A DNA stretch of 29,040 nucleotides. Source: Sulfurimonadaceae bacterium. GTDB lineage: Bacteria; Campylobacterota; Campylobacteria; Campylobacterales; Sulfurimonadaceae. Both the position numbers and the translations under genes were made by a program. Of the stretch, positions 1 to 9,644 are shown piece by piece. Position 1 is the stretch's first letter; each line of letters begins with the position of its first letter. Below the pieces are notes generated by a model. That model was given only the letters and a program-made list of their open reading frames with translations. It did not search any database and was not told the origin of the DNA. Location of the stretch: positions 1 through 29,040 of the forward strand of contig JBFESZ010000015.1 of the NCBI GenBank assembly GCA_041548245.1, in the 5' to 3' direction.

Positions 1-1
1 A

Positions 2-77
2 TGGTGGAGCATAGCGGGATCGAACCGCTGACCTCTTCGCTGCCAGCGAAGCGCTCTCCCAGCTGAGCTAATGCCCC
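2..77 (-). tRNA. tRNA-Ala (anticodon GGC)
   Basis: Reverse complement reads GGGGCATTAGCTCAGCTGGGAGAGCGCTTCGCTGGCAGCGAAGAGGTCAGCGGTTCGATCCCGCTATGCTCCACCA. It has a cloverleaf with anticodon arm CTTCG-CTGGCAG-CGAAG, a TTCGA T-loop, a G3:U70 Ala identity pair and an encoded CCA. Confidence 0.98.
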
Positions 78-95
78 ACAAGTTGGAAGATGGAA

Positions 96-101
96 AGTAT
101 A
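96..101 (-). promoter_or_regulatory. Putative sigma70 -10 box (TATACT) for tRNA-Ala
   Basis: AGTATA on + strand, about 18 nt upstream of the tRNA 5' end, with AT-rich sequence further upstream. Confidence 0.55.
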
Positions 102-158
102 ATTATTTGTGGCTTAATATGTTATAAATATTTAAAAAGTAAATATCTATACTTTGTA

Positions 159-185
159 TACATAAAACCGCTGAGTTGCCGATGT
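159..185 (+). promoter_or_regulatory. Possible sigma28 (FliA) promoter for the SPOR-like gene
   Basis: TACA-N15-GCCGATGT resembles the TAAA-N15-GCCGATAA consensus and lies about 30 nt before the ATG at 215. Confidence 0.3.
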
Positions 186-214
186 GTAGTTTTAATTGTT
201 TTTAGGGGTAGTGA

Positions 215-814
215 ATGCGTAGTATTTTATTTTTGATGATTGTGACACTTTTTCTTCATGTTCTTCATGCAAAAGAGCAGTACTGCATAGAAGTATTAAG
301 TACAAAGGATAAGACAAGTATTACCCGAGAGATCATGGATAAGGTCATCCAGATGAAACACTCTCATTCGGTCAGATATATGGATGGAGAGTATAAGCTT
401 ATTTTGGGGAACTTTGAGACGAGTAAAGCGGCAGAAGCTGTATTGGATGAAGTCCGTACAAATATCAATAAAGAGGCAGTTGTCACTTTGTATCAGGAAA
501 AGAAAAGAGCATCCCAACTTGATTCCAAGGCAAAAATGCAGCAGGCTATGCTCATGGCTCAGGCAAAGGCCTTGACGAAAACAAAAGTGAATGAAGAACA
601 TAACATAACGATTGAAGAAGTAAGTCAGATTTTTGAAAATTGCGAAGAGAATGTTACTGAAAAAGAGAGTGTAAAAAACGTGACTTTAACCGAGCCGAGA
701 AGTGTAGAAATTGAAAGTTTTTGCAAGTCAAGTAAAAAAGCTCTACGTGAAGCAGAGATATCTGAAGCTTTGGAGTTTTATAAAAACTCCTCGTTTTACT
801 CTTTTAATGAGTAG
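215..814 (+). CDS. Secreted SPOR-like domain protein (hypothetical)
   Basis: N-terminal signal peptide ending LHA|K; YKLILGNFETSKAAEAVLDEV resembles the SPOR beta-alpha motif; AGGGG RBS upstream. Confidence 0.6.
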   Translation: MRSILFLMIVTLFLHVLHAKEQYCIEVLSTKDKTSITREIMDKVIQMKHSHSVRYMDGEYKLILGNFETSKAAEAVLDEVRTNINKEAVVTLYQEKKRASQLDSKAKMQQAMLMAQAKALTKTKVNEEHNITIEEVSQIFENCEENVTEKESVKNVTLTEPRSVEIESFCKSSKKALREAEISEALEFYKNSSFYSFNE

Positions 815-1229
815 GCGGTTGGTGGCTGCTGTGATCTAGACATTCCAGATCGATATTAAGTTTCTTTTTCACACTTGCCTGAAGGGCATCAAAAAGGTCC
901 TGCGCACTCTCTCCGTCTCTTGGGTAACTGACGACATCATGTTGTATGTATTTGCCAAAAAACTCTTCAAACATATTGGCAACGACAGTGGCCCCATATT
1001 TGTCTGTCTGATAGAGTACGAAGAAGTAGTCATTGTCATTATGAACGTAGGAGTCTGACGAACGAACAACCTGATTAAGACTCGTATCTATCTTCGTTTT
1101 ATCCAGTCCTGTAAAGTCACAGTATAAGATACTAAATGCTTCAAGATGTGTATCGTATAAACGTTCTGCAATGCCACGTTGAAGGTCGACAAGACCTGTA
1201 AAATTATAAAAAGAGAAGGGAACAGCCAT
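804..1229 (-). CDS. Stand-alone degenerate GGDEF-like domain protein
   Basis: SILYCD, RSSD-x5-DNDYF and SYPRDG segments follow the GGDEF-fold pattern; AAAGGTG RBS and TATACT -10 upstream. Confidence 0.6.
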   Translation of the reverse strand: MAVPFSFYNFTGLVDLQRGIAERLYDTHLEAFSILYCDFTGLDKTKIDTSLNQVVRSSDSYVHNDNDYFFVLYQTDKYGATVVANMFEEFFGKYIQHDVVSYPRDGESAQDLFDALQASVKKKLNIDLECLDHSSHQPPTH

Positions 1230-1328
1230 GTTTCACCTTTGTGTTGGTTAGAACGAGTATACTTGTTTGAGTTTAAGAATCAGCTTAAGGTATTAGCAGT
1301 GCTTATATAATAAAAAGCCTTCCATCTG

Positions 1329-2978
1329 CTATATTCCAAAGGGAACCAGCTCGCCGCGACGCAGTTTGTTGACCTTTTCCGTAAACTGACGGATGAAAAA
1401 TGTTTTCTTTTCATAAGGGATGTCTTGTTGCATCTTCACTTTTTTCAGTTCATTGGTGTAGTGTTTTCGCAGGAAATGCAGAAGCTCGTTTTTGAGATCA
1501 CTCTCATCGAAGGTCTTGATATCATTTCTTAGTGATATCTTCATAAGAAGGGGGTGCTCAAACTCAGATCTTAACACAAGAGCGAACTCTTGGGCATGAA
1601 ACTGCAATAGAGAAGGATCAAGGTAGTCGAGGGTATTCTCAACAATGCCAGGGTTTTCAAGCATCGTTTTGATAAGGCTAAGTTCCCAAATGTCCTCACG
1701 TGAAAAGCTGCTTGAAACAGTCTGCGTCTGATGGTTTTTTGGAGCATTTTGAAGTCTTACCACCGCTTTGTTTATATTGAGCAGTGCTGCCAGATAAGGA
1801 CGATACTCCTCTTGCAAAAGAGGTGAAAGGGTCTTCAGATAGGCAATACCGCTATGCAATGCCTCTTCTTTCGCTTTTGGATTGTTCAGATCAAAAGCAT
1901 GAACACTTTGTTCCAAGACAAACTCTATAAAAGGCTTTGGATGACGCAGCAGTTTGTTAAGTTCTTCGATCTGGCCGTTTTTTACCATATCAGCAGGATC
2001 GAGTCCTTGGCCAAAGATGACTACACCGCCATCCATCCCCGCAGCAGAGAGCAGTTTGGAAGCTTTTATCGCGGCATTAAGACCGGCACTGTCCCCATCA
2101 TACGCCATGACGATGCGAGGTTCACCTTTTCGCAAAAGAGGGAGATGCTCACTCGTCAGGGCCGTTCCCAAAGTAGCGACAGCATTGGTAAAGCCGGCTT
2201 GGTGAAGCATGACAACATCGAGGTATCCTTCGGTGACAATCATCTCCTTTTGTTTATAGATACTCTCCTTGGCATAGTTATAGGCATACAGAAGACGCGA
2301 CTTATTAAAGATCTTGGTTTGGGGTGAGTTGACATACTTGGCTTGATGGCCGGTGATCGTACGCCCTCCGAAACCGACTAATGAGCCGTTTGCTGCGTGT
2401 ATGGGAAAGGTGATACGCTCAATGAAACGGGCGAAGATATTGTTCTCGCCTTGCCCTAAAACCCCGAGTTCGATACCCTCTTTGATATCGAACATATGAC
2501 TTTTAAGGTAGGTGATGGTCTGCTGTGAAGCAGGTGCGTACCCGATTCCAAACTTTTCAATGGAGGATTCAAAAATGCCTCTTTCTTTTAGATAGCTCTG
2601 CGCCATTTGATTGGAATCAAGTAGCGTTTTGTACCAGTCGTTGAGTTTTTCTAAAAGACGCGTGTCTGACTTTTTTTGTGTCCCTTGGGTGTATTGCAAA
2701 GAGAAGTTGTAATAGGAGGCGAGTTTCTCGATAGCTTCGGGATAGTTTAGTTTTTCATATTCCATGACAAAACGGATGGGATCACCCGTTACACCACATC
2801 CAAAGCAGTGATAGATCTGTTTTGCAGGGCTTACGACGAAGCTTGGACTCTTCTCATCATGGAAAGGACAAGGCGCCTTGAAGTTGGCACCGGCTTTTTT
2901 CAGTTCGACATAGTTACCTACGACATCAACAATATCAAGCCGGGTCTTTAGCGCTTCTATGGAGTCTTGTGCAATCAT
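1329..2978 (-). CDS. dnaG: DNA primase
   Basis: CHC2 zinc finger (CPFH...CFGC), KYVNSPQT, TOPRIM motifs EGYLDV and YDGDSAG. Confidence 0.98.
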   Translation of the reverse strand: MIAQDSIEALKTRLDIVDVVGNYVELKKAGANFKAPCPFHDEKSPSFVVSPAKQIYHCFGCGVTGDPIRFVMEYEKLNYPEAIEKLASYYNFSLQYTQGTQKKSDTRLLEKLNDWYKTLLDSNQMAQSYLKERGIFESSIEKFGIGYAPASQQTITYLKSHMFDIKEGIELGVLGQGENNIFARFIERITFPIHAANGSLVGFGGRTITGHQAKYVNSPQTKIFNKSRLLYAYNYAKESIYKQKEMIVTEGYLDVVMLHQAGFTNAVATLGTALTSEHLPLLRKGEPRIVMAYDGDSAGLNAAIKASKLLSAAGMDGGVVIFGQGLDPADMVKNGQIEELNKLLRHPKPFIEFVLEQSVHAFDLNNPKAKEEALHSGIAYLKTLSPLLQEEYRPYLAALLNINKAVVRLQNAPKNHQTQTVSSSFSREDIWELSLIKTMLENPGIVENTLDYLDPSLLQFHAQEFALVLRSEFEHPLLMKISLRNDIKTFDESDLKNELLHFLRKHYTNELKKVKMQQDIPYEKKTFFIRQFTEKVNKLRRGELVPFGI

Positions 2979-2984
2979 GGTGAA

Positions 2985-2990
2985 AGTATA
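2985..2990 (-). promoter_or_regulatory. -10 box TATACT 6 nt upstream of dnaG ATG (putative leaderless promoter)
   Basis: AGTATA on + strand; no SD between the box and the start codon. Confidence 0.6.
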
Positions 2991-3056
2991 ACTTAGAGTC
3001 GCTTATAAGAAGAATATTTTACTATCACTCTAAGTATCTTTACTCTAGAATACACC

Positions 3057-4829
3057 ATGCAAACAATTACTTTTCATCTACTGTACAAACTAGTGTTAAA
3101 ACACAAGAAAAAGCTTATCAAAGCAAATCTGATTGCTCTGATAGCCACACTCATAAGTATACCTGTCCCTTTGCTTATACCTCTTTTGATAGATGAGGTC
3201 ATTCTTAAGCAAGAGGGATCGCTCATCCATACTATCAATTTGTTGTTTGGTGACTTTTCTCCTTTAGGCTATATCATCGTTACGCTTCTTGTGACGATTG
3301 CCCTGCGTTTTGGTTTCTTCGTCTCCTCAGTCTTTGCTCATTATGCCTTTACAGAGATTGCCCAGGACATCACTTTTGTTTTACGCAAGAAGCTTTTATT
3401 GCATCTTAAGCATGTCTCGATGCATGAGTATGAGACCTTAGGCTCAGGAACTGTCTCGTCCAAACTTGTCAGTGATATGCAGACCTTGGAAAGTTTTATA
3501 GGTTCGGCATTAAGCCGTTCTATTGTCTCAGTCTTGACTTTGATCGGGGTGGCTTTGATCCTTCTGTTTATAGAATGGAGACTTGGTCTGCTGATATTGG
3601 TCCTACATCCGGCCATCGTGCTTCTTACACAGTTGATATCCCGAAAGGTATCTGCTTTTAAGAAAGAGGAGAATAGAGCCATATCGCGTTTTCAGAACGC
3701 TCTTATCGAGACCCTGGATCTTTTTGGACAGATACGAGCTTCTTCAAAGGAGAACGAGTTTATTAATAGGAGCATCGAGGATGCGCAAACACTAAGAAAT
3801 GAGACGGCACGTTTTGGAAAGAAGAGCTTCGCGGCTGAGAAGTTCTCCTTCACACTGTTTCTTTCGGTCTTTGAGCTCTTTCGTGCGCTAGGACTTGTTT
3901 TAGTGCTTTCTTCTGATCTTAGCATAGGTCTGATGTTTGCTGTCTTTGGCTATCTCTGGTTTATGATGACGCCGGTGCAAGACCTCTTGTCTTTGCAATA
4001 TGCGTACTCCAATGCACGAGCAGCACTGGAGAGACTCAATGCACTTTTTGAGCTTGATCAAGAACCGGTTTGCCATACTAGAGTCAATCCATTTACAGAA
4101 AGAAGTGCTTCCATCAGCATAGAAAACCTGAGCTTTGCATACGGTGATGGACAGAATGTCTTAAAGCATATCAACTTGAACATCCCCGCTGGTGCGAAGA
4201 TTGCTCTTATTGGTGCTAGTGGAAGTGGAAAGACGACTTTGGCCAAGGTACTTTCCGGGTTCTACCCTGCCAAAGAGGGAAGACTCTATTTTAATAACAC
4301 ACCTTTGAACGAGATTGGTCTTGAGACCTTGCGAAAAAATCTTTTTGTCGTATTACAGCAACCCATCCTTTTTAATGACACACTGCGTTTCAATCTGACT
4401 ATGGGTGATGATTACAGAGATGAAGATATATACAAGGCCTTGAAGATCGCTCAATTGGGACAATTTGTACAAGAGCTTCCCAAAGGATTGGATGCCTTGG
4501 TGGGTAAGGGGGGCGTAAGGCTTTCAGGTGGACAAAAACAGCGTCTGAGCATCGCAAGAATGATCCTTTCCAACCCTAGTGTGGTCATCTTTGATGAGTC
4601 GACTTCCGCCCTGGATGTACACACTGAAAGTGATCTGTTTGAAGCCCTGGAAGCATTTTTGAAAGAGCGAACCATTATTACTATAGCCCATCGGTTCAGC
4701 ACGGTTCAAAACTCGGATTATATCTATGTAATCGAAGATGGCAGAGTGGTTGAAGAAGGCCCCCCGGAAGTCCTGATAGATGAGATGGGGCATTACAACA
4801 GATTTGTAAAAGCCCAACATACGTTTTAG
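3057..4829 (+). CDS. ABC exporter, fused permease/ATP-binding protein
   Basis: Hydrophobic N-terminal TMD; Walker A GASGSGKT, signature LSGGQ, Walker B VVIFDE, H-loop IAHR. Confidence 0.95.
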   Translation: MQTITFHLLYKLVLKHKKKLIKANLIALIATLISIPVPLLIPLLIDEVILKQEGSLIHTINLLFGDFSPLGYIIVTLLVTIALRFGFFVSSVFAHYAFTEIAQDITFVLRKKLLLHLKHVSMHEYETLGSGTVSSKLVSDMQTLESFIGSALSRSIVSVLTLIGVALILLFIEWRLGLLILVLHPAIVLLTQLISRKVSAFKKEENRAISRFQNALIETLDLFGQIRASSKENEFINRSIEDAQTLRNETARFGKKSFAAEKFSFTLFLSVFELFRALGLVLVLSSDLSIGLMFAVFGYLWFMMTPVQDLLSLQYAYSNARAALERLNALFELDQEPVCHTRVNPFTERSASISIENLSFAYGDGQNVLKHINLNIPAGAKIALIGASGSGKTTLAKVLSGFYPAKEGRLYFNNTPLNEIGLETLRKNLFVVLQQPILFNDTLRFNLTMGDDYRDEDIYKALKIAQLGQFVQELPKGLDALVGKGGVRLSGGQKQRLSIARMILSNPSVVIFDESTSALDVHTESDLFEALEAFLKERTIITIAHRFSTVQNSDYIYVIEDGRVVEEGPPEVLIDEMGHYNRFVKAQHTF

Positions 4830-4863
4830 CGGAATCTTTAGTGATGAAAGATATAATACAGAT

Positions 4864-5301
4864 ATGAAGATATTATTTATAGACAATGACTCCATACAAA
4901 ATGATATTCGAATTGCATTGATGGAGCAAGCAGCTCATCATGATATACATCTGATTCATGATGCAGAAGAAGCGATAGCATTTTATACTGCCGAATCACC
5001 TGATATAGTGTTGATCGACTTCGCCATTTCTCATGGGCTTGATATGCTGTACAAAATCTTGGAAATCAATCCTTTGCAACATATCATCACTATCAGTGAC
5101 AAGGTAGATTGTTGCGAGTACTTGGGATGTGATTACTGCATAGAAAACCATAAGATCAAACGTATCTTGAAAAAGCAGGGGATCCATGATCTTCTTTATT
5201 TGATTGAAAACTTTGATGCAATGCCTTGCGAACATGCATACAAGTTGCCATTGCCCAGTGTCGAAGATGACACGGTAGAGGACAGACTACCTGAAAGCTA
5301 A
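4864..5301 (+). CDS. Single-domain response regulator receiver with Cys-rich insert
   Basis: KILFIDND N-terminus, PDIVLID phospho-acceptor motif, IITIS beta4, then CCEYLGCDYC; no output domain. Confidence 0.75.
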   Translation: MKILFIDNDSIQNDIRIALMEQAAHHDIHLIHDAEEAIAFYTAESPDIVLIDFAISHGLDMLYKILEINPLQHIITISDKVDCCEYLGCDYCIENHKIKRILKKQGIHDLLYLIENFDAMPCEHAYKLPLPSVEDDTVEDRLPES

Positions 5302-5398
5302 GCCCGTCAACGAGTTCACTCCTTGTAGTGCATAAAACTTCCTAGTTTATTTTCAGACCACATACGTTAAAATATTGTAATTATTTGAAGGATACTCA

Positions 5399-6562
5399 AT
5401 GCAATTTAGCGCTCCATTAAAAAGCAATAGTAAAAAAATTATGTTATTAGGTTCGGGTGAACTGGGTAAAGAGGTGGCTATTGAAGCTCAGCGTCTTGGT
5501 GTCGAAGTTATCGCAGTTGATAAGTATGAGGGTGCACCGGCTCATCTTGTAGCTAACCGTTTCCATGTGGTGAACATGCAAGATGAAGATGCTATCTTGG
5601 AGATTATCCGTCAAGAGAAGCCTGACTTTATCCTTCCGGAAGTCGAGGCAATCAGTATCTCCGCTCTCTTTACGGCGGAGAAAGAGGGGTTTCATGTCAT
5701 CCCTAATGCGGACGCAGTGAACAAGACGATGAACCGTAAAAATATTCGCCAGTTCGCAGCAGAAGAGTTGGGGCTTAAAACGGGGCCATACCGTTTTGTC
5801 AAGACAAGAGAAGAGATGGAAGTCGCTGCTGGAGAAATGGGTTATCCGTGTGTTGTTAAGCCGGTGATGTCTTCATCAGGACATGGCCAGAGTGTCATGC
5901 GCTCGGCTGCTGATCTTGATAATTCGTGGGAAATGGCCAAAGAGGCACGTGGCGATGCGAGCGAGCTGATCGTTGAGGCTTTTATCGATTTTGATTATGA
6001 AATCACAATGTTAACAGCGCGTAATGGAAAAGAGACGGTCTTTTGCGAACCTATCGGGCACCAGCAGCAAGACGGAGACTATATATTCTCATGGCAGCCG
6101 ATGCAGATGAGCCCATTGGCCAAAGAACGCGCTGAAGCAATAGCAAAAACCATTACAGACGGTCTGGGCGGTCGCGGTATTTTTGGGGTTGAACTGTTTG
6201 TCAAAGGGGATGAGGTCTATTTCTCTGAAGTAAGTCCGCGTCCGCATGATACAGGAATGGTCACTTTGATCACACAGAGTCAGAGTGAGTTTGCTCTTCA
6301 CCTTCGTGCTGTTCTTGGCCTTCCGCTTGGATTTACCTTCTACGGAGACGGCGCTTCGGCTGCATTTAAATCGACGAAGGATTCATATGCTCCGGTAGTC
6401 GATGTTGATGATTCCCTTTTCTCTGAAAACTCTTTTGTTCGTGTTTTTGGAAAACCGGAATCACACAAGGGTCGTCGTATGGCAGTTGCTTTAGTATTTG
6501 ACAAGGTTGACAAAGCCCTTGAACAAGCGAAACATCTTATCTCAAAAATCAAAGATGCCTAA
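5399..6562 (+). CDS. purT: Formate-dependent phosphoribosylglycinamide formyltransferase
   Basis: [41 protein letters not shown]...RRMAV. Confidence 0.97.
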   Translation: MQFSAPLKSNSKKIMLLGSGELGKEVAIEAQRLGVEVIAVDKYEGAPAHLVANRFHVVNMQDEDAILEIIRQEKPDFILPEVEAISISALFTAEKEGFHVIPNADAVNKTMNRKNIRQFAAEELGLKTGPYRFVKTREEMEVAAGEMGYPCVVKPVMSSSGHGQSVMRSAADLDNSWEMAKEARGDASELIVEAFIDFDYEITMLTARNGKETVFCEPIGHQQQDGDYIFSWQPMQMSPLAKERAEAIAKTITDGLGGRGIFGVELFVKGDEVYFSEVSPRPHDTGMVTLITQSQSEFALHLRAVLGLPLGFTFYGDGASAAFKSTKDSYAPVVDVDDSLFSENSFVRVFGKPESHKGRRMAVALVFDKVDKALEQAKHLISKIKDA

Positions 6563-7488
6563 TGAAGATCGTTTTACTAGATACGCTGACTTTTGGAGAT
6601 AGTGATTTAAGCGGTTTTAATGCTCTGGGAGAGGTTACAATCTATGAGACGACCTCGCCTGAACAGACTCTAGAACGTATAAAAGATGCAGATGTGATTG
6701 TCACCAACAAAGTAGTCATCACGGCAGACATGATGTCGCAATGCCCACAGTTGAAGCTTATCTGTATTGCAGCAACAGGTATGAACAATGTTGACCTTGA
6801 TGCAGCAGCACAGAAGAACATTACGGTGAAGAATGTCGCAGGATACTCTACAGACTCTGTGATCCAGCATACCTTTTCCATGCTTTTTTATATGATGGGA
6901 CATTCACGATATTATGATGAGTATGTGAAAGGGGGCTCCTGGCAAAAGTCAGAGGTATTTACCCATATCGGGAAGCCATTTTTCGAGTTGAGGGGAAAAA
7001 AGTGGGGAATCATCGGACTGGGTGAGATCGGTCGAGGTGTGGCCAAGATCGCCACAGCCTTTGGAGCAGATGTCTCTTATTATTCGACATCGGGAAAAAA
7101 TGACAATACAGAGTATAAAAGAGATACAATCTCTAATATTTTGGAGCAGAGTGATATTATCACTATTCATGCGCCACTCAATGATGATACACAAGACCTG
7201 ATCGCCCACTCGGAACTTTTGATGATGAAAGATGGTGCGGTTCTGCTTAATCTTGGACGAGGAGGTATTGTCAGTGAGGATGCCCTTTCGTATATTCTGG
7301 ATGCGAAGCCGATCTATGTCGGTCTGGATGTTCTGGCCAAAGAGCCTATGCAACAAGACCACCCATTGATGCAGGTTAAAGCCAAAGAGCGACTCTATAT
7401 CACTCCTCATATCGCCTGGACTTCAGTAGAAGCACGTCAACGACTAATCGCTTCTATCATTGAAAACATTCAAAGTATCGATGGATAA
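6562..7488 (+). CDS. D-2-hydroxyacid dehydrogenase (glycerate dehydrogenase/hydroxypyruvate reductase-like)
   Basis: ATGMNNVD, GIIGLGEIG, NLGRGGIV, LDVLAKEP, TPHIAW; TAATG translational coupling to purT. Confidence 0.92.
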   Translation: MKIVLLDTLTFGDSDLSGFNALGEVTIYETTSPEQTLERIKDADVIVTNKVVITADMMSQCPQLKLICIAATGMNNVDLDAAAQKNITVKNVAGYSTDSVIQHTFSMLFYMMGHSRYYDEYVKGGSWQKSEVFTHIGKPFFELRGKKWGIIGLGEIGRGVAKIATAFGADVSYYSTSGKNDNTEYKRDTISNILEQSDIITIHAPLNDDTQDLIAHSELLMMKDGAVLLNLGRGGIVSEDALSYILDAKPIYVGLDVLAKEPMQQDHPLMQVKAKERLYITPHIAWTSVEARQRLIASIIENIQSIDG

Positions 7489-7897
7489 CCTCGGTCCTCT
7501 AGGACTTTTCTTTGCTGCCTTTGCGGCAGCGACAATCCTTCCCTTCTCTTCGGAAGCGGCTTTAATCACGAGTTATGAACTTGGAATGGAGTTTAATGAG
7601 GCACTTTTATATGCTTCATTGGGAAACTGTATGGCCGTCAGTCTCAATTTTTTACTGGGACGTTTGTTGTTTGGCATCATGAAAAAAAAGATAAAAGGCT
7701 CAGGAATGGGAAGGCGGGCACTTCTACTTTCACATAAATATGGCTATTACTCCCTCCTTCTTTCGCCTTTGCCTATCATAGGTGACCCTATTACGATAGC
7801 CGCAGGTTTAATTCGATTAAAGTTTTTTTGGTTTGTGCTCATTACATTTTCATTGCGAATTTTTAGATACTGGTTGATTCTTAATATGATAAGATAG
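7481..7897 (+). CDS. YqaA / DedA (SNARE-associated) family membrane protein
   Basis: FAAATILPFSSE and PIIGDPITIAAG motifs; ATG at 7481 preferred over the TTG at 7460. Confidence 0.85.
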   Translation: MDNLGPLGLFFAAFAAATILPFSSEAALITSYELGMEFNEALLYASLGNCMAVSLNFLLGRLLFGIMKKKIKGSGMGRRALLLSHKYGYYSLLLSPLPIIGDPITIAAGLIRLKFFWFVLITFSLRIFRYWLILNMIR

Positions 7898-8027
7898 TAC
7901 TTATACAGATCATCAAAAACGAATAAAAACAGGCAGTGTCTATGGTATAGCTTAAAGCGATTGCATGTTTTTCACCCTTAAGTTGCAATGGGATAGAATT
8001 TCAATATAAACTGAATGAAGGTCAAGT

Positions 8028-9644
8028 ATGACAGATGTATTAGTTATTGGTTCTGGTGGAGCAGGGCTGGTAGCAGCGATTGCTGCAAAAGAGTCGGGTG
8101 CAAGTGTAAAAGTCGTTGGGAAATCCTTTCCTACACGTTCACAGACCTCTATGGCGCAGGGTGGTGTCAATGCAGCCATGGGCAATGTTGAAGTTGACAG
8201 TGTTGAGGCACATATCACGGACACTCTTAGAGCAGCTCAGGGATTGGCTGATGAGGGCGCGGTGCGAAAGCTCTGCGAAGAAGCCATTGAGTCTATCCAA
8301 TGGCTTGACAGAATTGGGCTTCCATTTTCTCGTACAAAAGATGGTATGGTAGCACAGCGAAGGCTTGGCGGTGCTTCCGGAATTCGTGCTTGTTATGCTC
8401 AAGACTATACGGGCTTAAAGATACTGCATACGCTTTATGATTACGCTTCAAAGATGGGAATTGAGTTTGTCAATGAACACTTTGTAATGAACTATGTTGT
8501 TGAAGATACAGCAGAGAAAGAGGCCTATGTCAGTGGAGCGACGTTCCTTAATATTAAAACGGGCGAAGTCGTACAGATGGAGGCGAAGTCTGTCATCGTG
8601 GCAACAGGTGGATATTCTCAGCTGTTTCACGGGTTTACTACCAACTCAAGTGCCTCGACAGGTGATGGTGTTGCCGCTGCTATACGTGCAGGTGCACGCC
8701 TTTCGGATATTGAATTTGTACAATTTCACCCCACTGCACTGAAGAGTTCGGCTATTTTGATCTCTGAATCGGCACGCGGAGCAGGCGGGCACCTCCTGAA
8801 TGCTCAAAAAGAGCGTTTTACAGACGAACTGGCTCCACGAGATGTTGTCGCACGGGCTATCAATGACGAGATTGAGAGAAGCGGTGAGGTTTATTTGGAC
8901 ATTCGCCATCTGGGAGAAGAGTTTATTGACCATGAGCTTCCTCAGGAGCGCAAGCTCGCCATAACTTATGAAGGAGTGGACCCGGTTATCGAGCTGATAC
9001 CAATCAAGCCTGTAGCGCACTATACCATGGGTGGTATTGATGTGGATGAGGCTTCTATGTCTTGTATTAAAGGGTTGTATGCTTGTGGCGAAGCGGCTAA
9101 TCATAAAGTCCATGGAGCTAACCGTCTGGGAGGGAACTCTCTTTTGGAGCTTATTGTATTTGGTCGTCAGGCAGGAAAGAACGCCAGCATATATGCTAAA
9201 GAGAACGAGATCATCCACTCAAATACAATGCAGCTAGAAGATGACAGAAGTTTCATAGCCAAGGTAAAGGCATTCCCCGCTGAGGTCGATTTCTACGAAA
9301 AACGAGAACTTTTAGGCAAGACCTTCTATACCAATGCGGGAATTAAGCGTACGGAAGAAGGGCTTCAAAGAGCTTTGGACAAGGTACGAGAAATACAAAA
9401 AGAGCTATCTAAAATGGGGCCACAAGATAAGAGCAGGGTGTATAACACAAATCTTACAGAGTTTTTAGAGTTTATCAATGTAATGGAACTCTCAGAAGTC
9501 TTGCTCATTGGAGCAATAACCCGAAAAGAGAGCCGGGGCGCACATTTTAGAGAAGATATTCAGCAGAAGAATGATGAACTTTATTTGGCACATACCATAT
9601 CGTGGAAAGAGAAGGGTACCTTATGCGTAGATTTTATGAATTAA
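8028..9644 (+). CDS. sdhA: Succinate dehydrogenase/fumarate reductase flavoprotein subunit (cytoplasmic, probably non-covalent FAD)
   Basis: GSGGAG, RSQTSMAQGG, QFHPT, SESARG, ELAPRDVVAR, HYTMGG, HGANRLGGNSL, RKESRGAH; no Tat or Sec signal. Confidence 0.9.
   Translation: MTDVLVIGSGGAGLVAAIAAKESGASVKVVGKSFPTRSQTSMAQGGVNAAMGNVEVDSVEAHITDTLRAAQGLADEGAVRKLCEEAIESIQWLDRIGLPFSRTKDGMVAQRRLGGASGIRACYAQDYTGLKILHTLYDYASKMGIEFVNEHFVMNYVVEDTAEKEAYVSGATFLNIKTGEVVQMEAKSVIVATGGYSQLFHGFTTNSSASTGDGVAAAIRAGARLSDIEFVQFHPTALKSSAILISESARGAGGHLLNAQKERFTDELAPRDVVARAINDEIERSGEVYLDIRHLGEEFIDHELPQERKLAITYEGVDPVIELIPIKPVAHYTMGGIDVDEASMSCIKGLYACGEAANHKVHGANRLGGNSLLELIVFGRQAGKNASIYAKENEIIHSNTMQLEDDRSFIAKVKAFPAEVDFYEKRELLGKTFYTNAGIKRTEEGLQRALDKVREIQKELSKMGPQDKSRVYNTNLTEFLEFINVMELSEVLLIGAITRKESRGAHFREDIQQKNDELYLAHTISWKEKGTLCVDFMN

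Noticed and set aside
2..77. tRNA-Ala as an integration site for a genomic island
   Set aside because: The tRNA 3' end faces out of the window, and no integrase or duplicated tRNA 3' fragment was seen inside it
804..1229. Active diguanylate cyclase
   Set aside because: The GG(D/E)EF signature is replaced by DNDYF and there is no dimerisation or sensor domain
5302..5398. Purine/ZTP riboswitch upstream of purT
   Set aside because: The putative -10 (TAAAAT 5368-5373) leaves only a ~20-nt leader, and no riboswitch consensus is visible
8646..9218. 190-aa antisense ORF and similar shadow ORFs (e.g. 1854-2327, 6949-7410, 22544-22984, 27003-27305, 28522-28881)
   Set aside because: They overlap well-supported genes on the opposite strand and show no recognisable motifs
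9602..9622. GTG start at 9602 for the acidic microprotein
   Set aside because: The ATG at 9623 has a correctly spaced AAGGG SD and a shorter overlap with sdhA
8028..9644. L-aspartate oxidase (nadB) call for the flavoprotein
   Set aside because: Sdh-like RSxT-x-AQGG and long C-terminal domain, plus a downstream SdhB-type Fe-S gene, favour the Sdh/Frd family
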